Of a DNA stretch of 64,000 bases, positions 63,645 through 64,000 are shown one piece after another. Positions within the stretch are counted from its first letter, which is position 1; the number at the start of each line of letters is the position of its first letter. Source of the DNA: Clostridiales bacterium. GTDB taxonomy: Bacteria; Bacillota; Clostridia; Acetivibrionales; DTU013. The stretch is from assembly GCA_035378685.1 (NCBI GenBank), contig DAOSUL010000004.1, positions 3,562-67,561 on the forward strand, read 5' to 3'. Below the pieces are notes generated by a model. The model made no database searches. It was given only the letters and a program-made list of their open reading frames with translations, and was not told the origin of the DNA. Position numbers and translations under genes: made by a program.

Positions 63645-64000
63645 ATGGATAAGGAAAAAGCGTTCAGGCTTGTTTTGGTTGCGGCATTGGTTTTCCTGAT
63701 ATATCAATTCGGTTTCAGGCCGATTTTCAACAGGGGGAGCGAGGTCATAAAGGCGGACAGGAAATACTGGTCCGAACTGCTTCCCGACGAAGAAGGGCCT
63801 GTCTATGATGTCATCGTATACGGAGCGGAACCGCAGGGCATAGCTGCGGCCATATCTTCCGCGAGGCTCGGGGCGCGCACATTGCTCATAAGTGAAGATT
63901 ATGACATGGGAGGCATCATATCGCGGTGCTTCATCCCGGAGCTTGAGGTGCCCCTGGACGACAGCGGCAGGATGCTCAACGGAGGTTTCCTTGAAGAACT
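63645..64000 (+). CDS. FAD-dependent oxidoreductase-like protein, N-terminal part (3' end outside the window)
   Basis: Not in the ORF track because it has no stop in the window. Reads MDKEKAFRLVLVAALVFLIY...YDVIVYGAEPQGIAAAISSARLGARTLLI, a TM anchor plus a Rossmann GxGxxG-like dinucleotide-binding motif. Confidence 0.6.
   Translation, partial: MDKEKAFRLVLVAALVFLIYQFGFRPIFNRGSEVIKADRKYWSELLPDEEGPVYDVIVYGAEPQGIAAAISSARLGARTLLISEDYDMGGIISRCFIPELEVPLDDSGRMLNGGFLEE

Noticed and set aside
1-64000. CRISPR arrays, prophage, transposon, integrative elements at the four tRNA genes, and defence islands.
   Set aside because: There are no regularly spaced identical repeats with unique spacers. There are no integrase, transposase, recombinase or phage structural genes, and no direct repeats of tRNA 3' ends. 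The only toxin-antitoxin locus is the conserved chromosomal alr-linked mazEF.

Overview
This is a 64-kb chromosomal segment that reads like a Firmicutes/Clostridia genome. Supporting signs are a SpoVB-like flippase, a T-box leader, CtsR operators, alr-mazE-mazF synteny and CCA-encoded tRNAs; GC looks moderate by eye and was not computed. I can support about 56 protein genes, 4 tRNAs (Ser-CGA, Met-CAT, Glu-TTC, Arg-CCG), one tRNA-Trp T-box leader, and several sigma-A-type promoters and intrinsic terminators. I saw no CRISPR array, transposase, integrase or phage genes.

Gene content:
- Housekeeping: serS, rsgA, tadA, glgB, manA, trpEGDCF, dusB, nnr, alr.
- Stress and regulation: hcp plus a divergent Crp/Fnr regulator, hsp20 with CtsR boxes, a GGDEF/HD-GYP sensor, and a histidine kinase and a LytTR regulator flanking an nfeD-floA flotillin operon.
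- DNA repair: mrfAB-like helicase/exonuclease pair.
- Transport and envelope: an ABC-2 exporter module and two envelope-polysaccharide clusters.
- Toxin-antitoxin: a mazEF pair.

Most notable observations:
1. trpG carries an in-frame TAA at codon 8, at the position of the conserved Tyr, and is otherwise intact.
2. Degenerate CCGG-centred tandem repeats fill many spacers. They also appear as in-frame low-complexity insertions in housekeeping genes (231 nt in trpC bounded by a duplicated AAKCSM; the linker that fuses RsgA to an RNHCP domain).
3. A conserved NifU-like/GGGtGRT gene pair of unknown function.
4. A two-component system split around a flotillin operon.
5. A strong orphan promoter and a seven-copy, 21/42-nt-phased ATACGG repeat leader upstream of mazEF.
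6. A promoter-to-terminator structured region of about 270 nt upstream of rsgA.
7. An FNR-format palindrome centred at -41.5 in back-to-back hcp/regulator promoters.
8. A 7TMR-DISM sensor split at an ATGA junction.

All calls come from reading the sequence and the ORF track. No searches were run, and start codons are inferred from RBS context and family N-termini.
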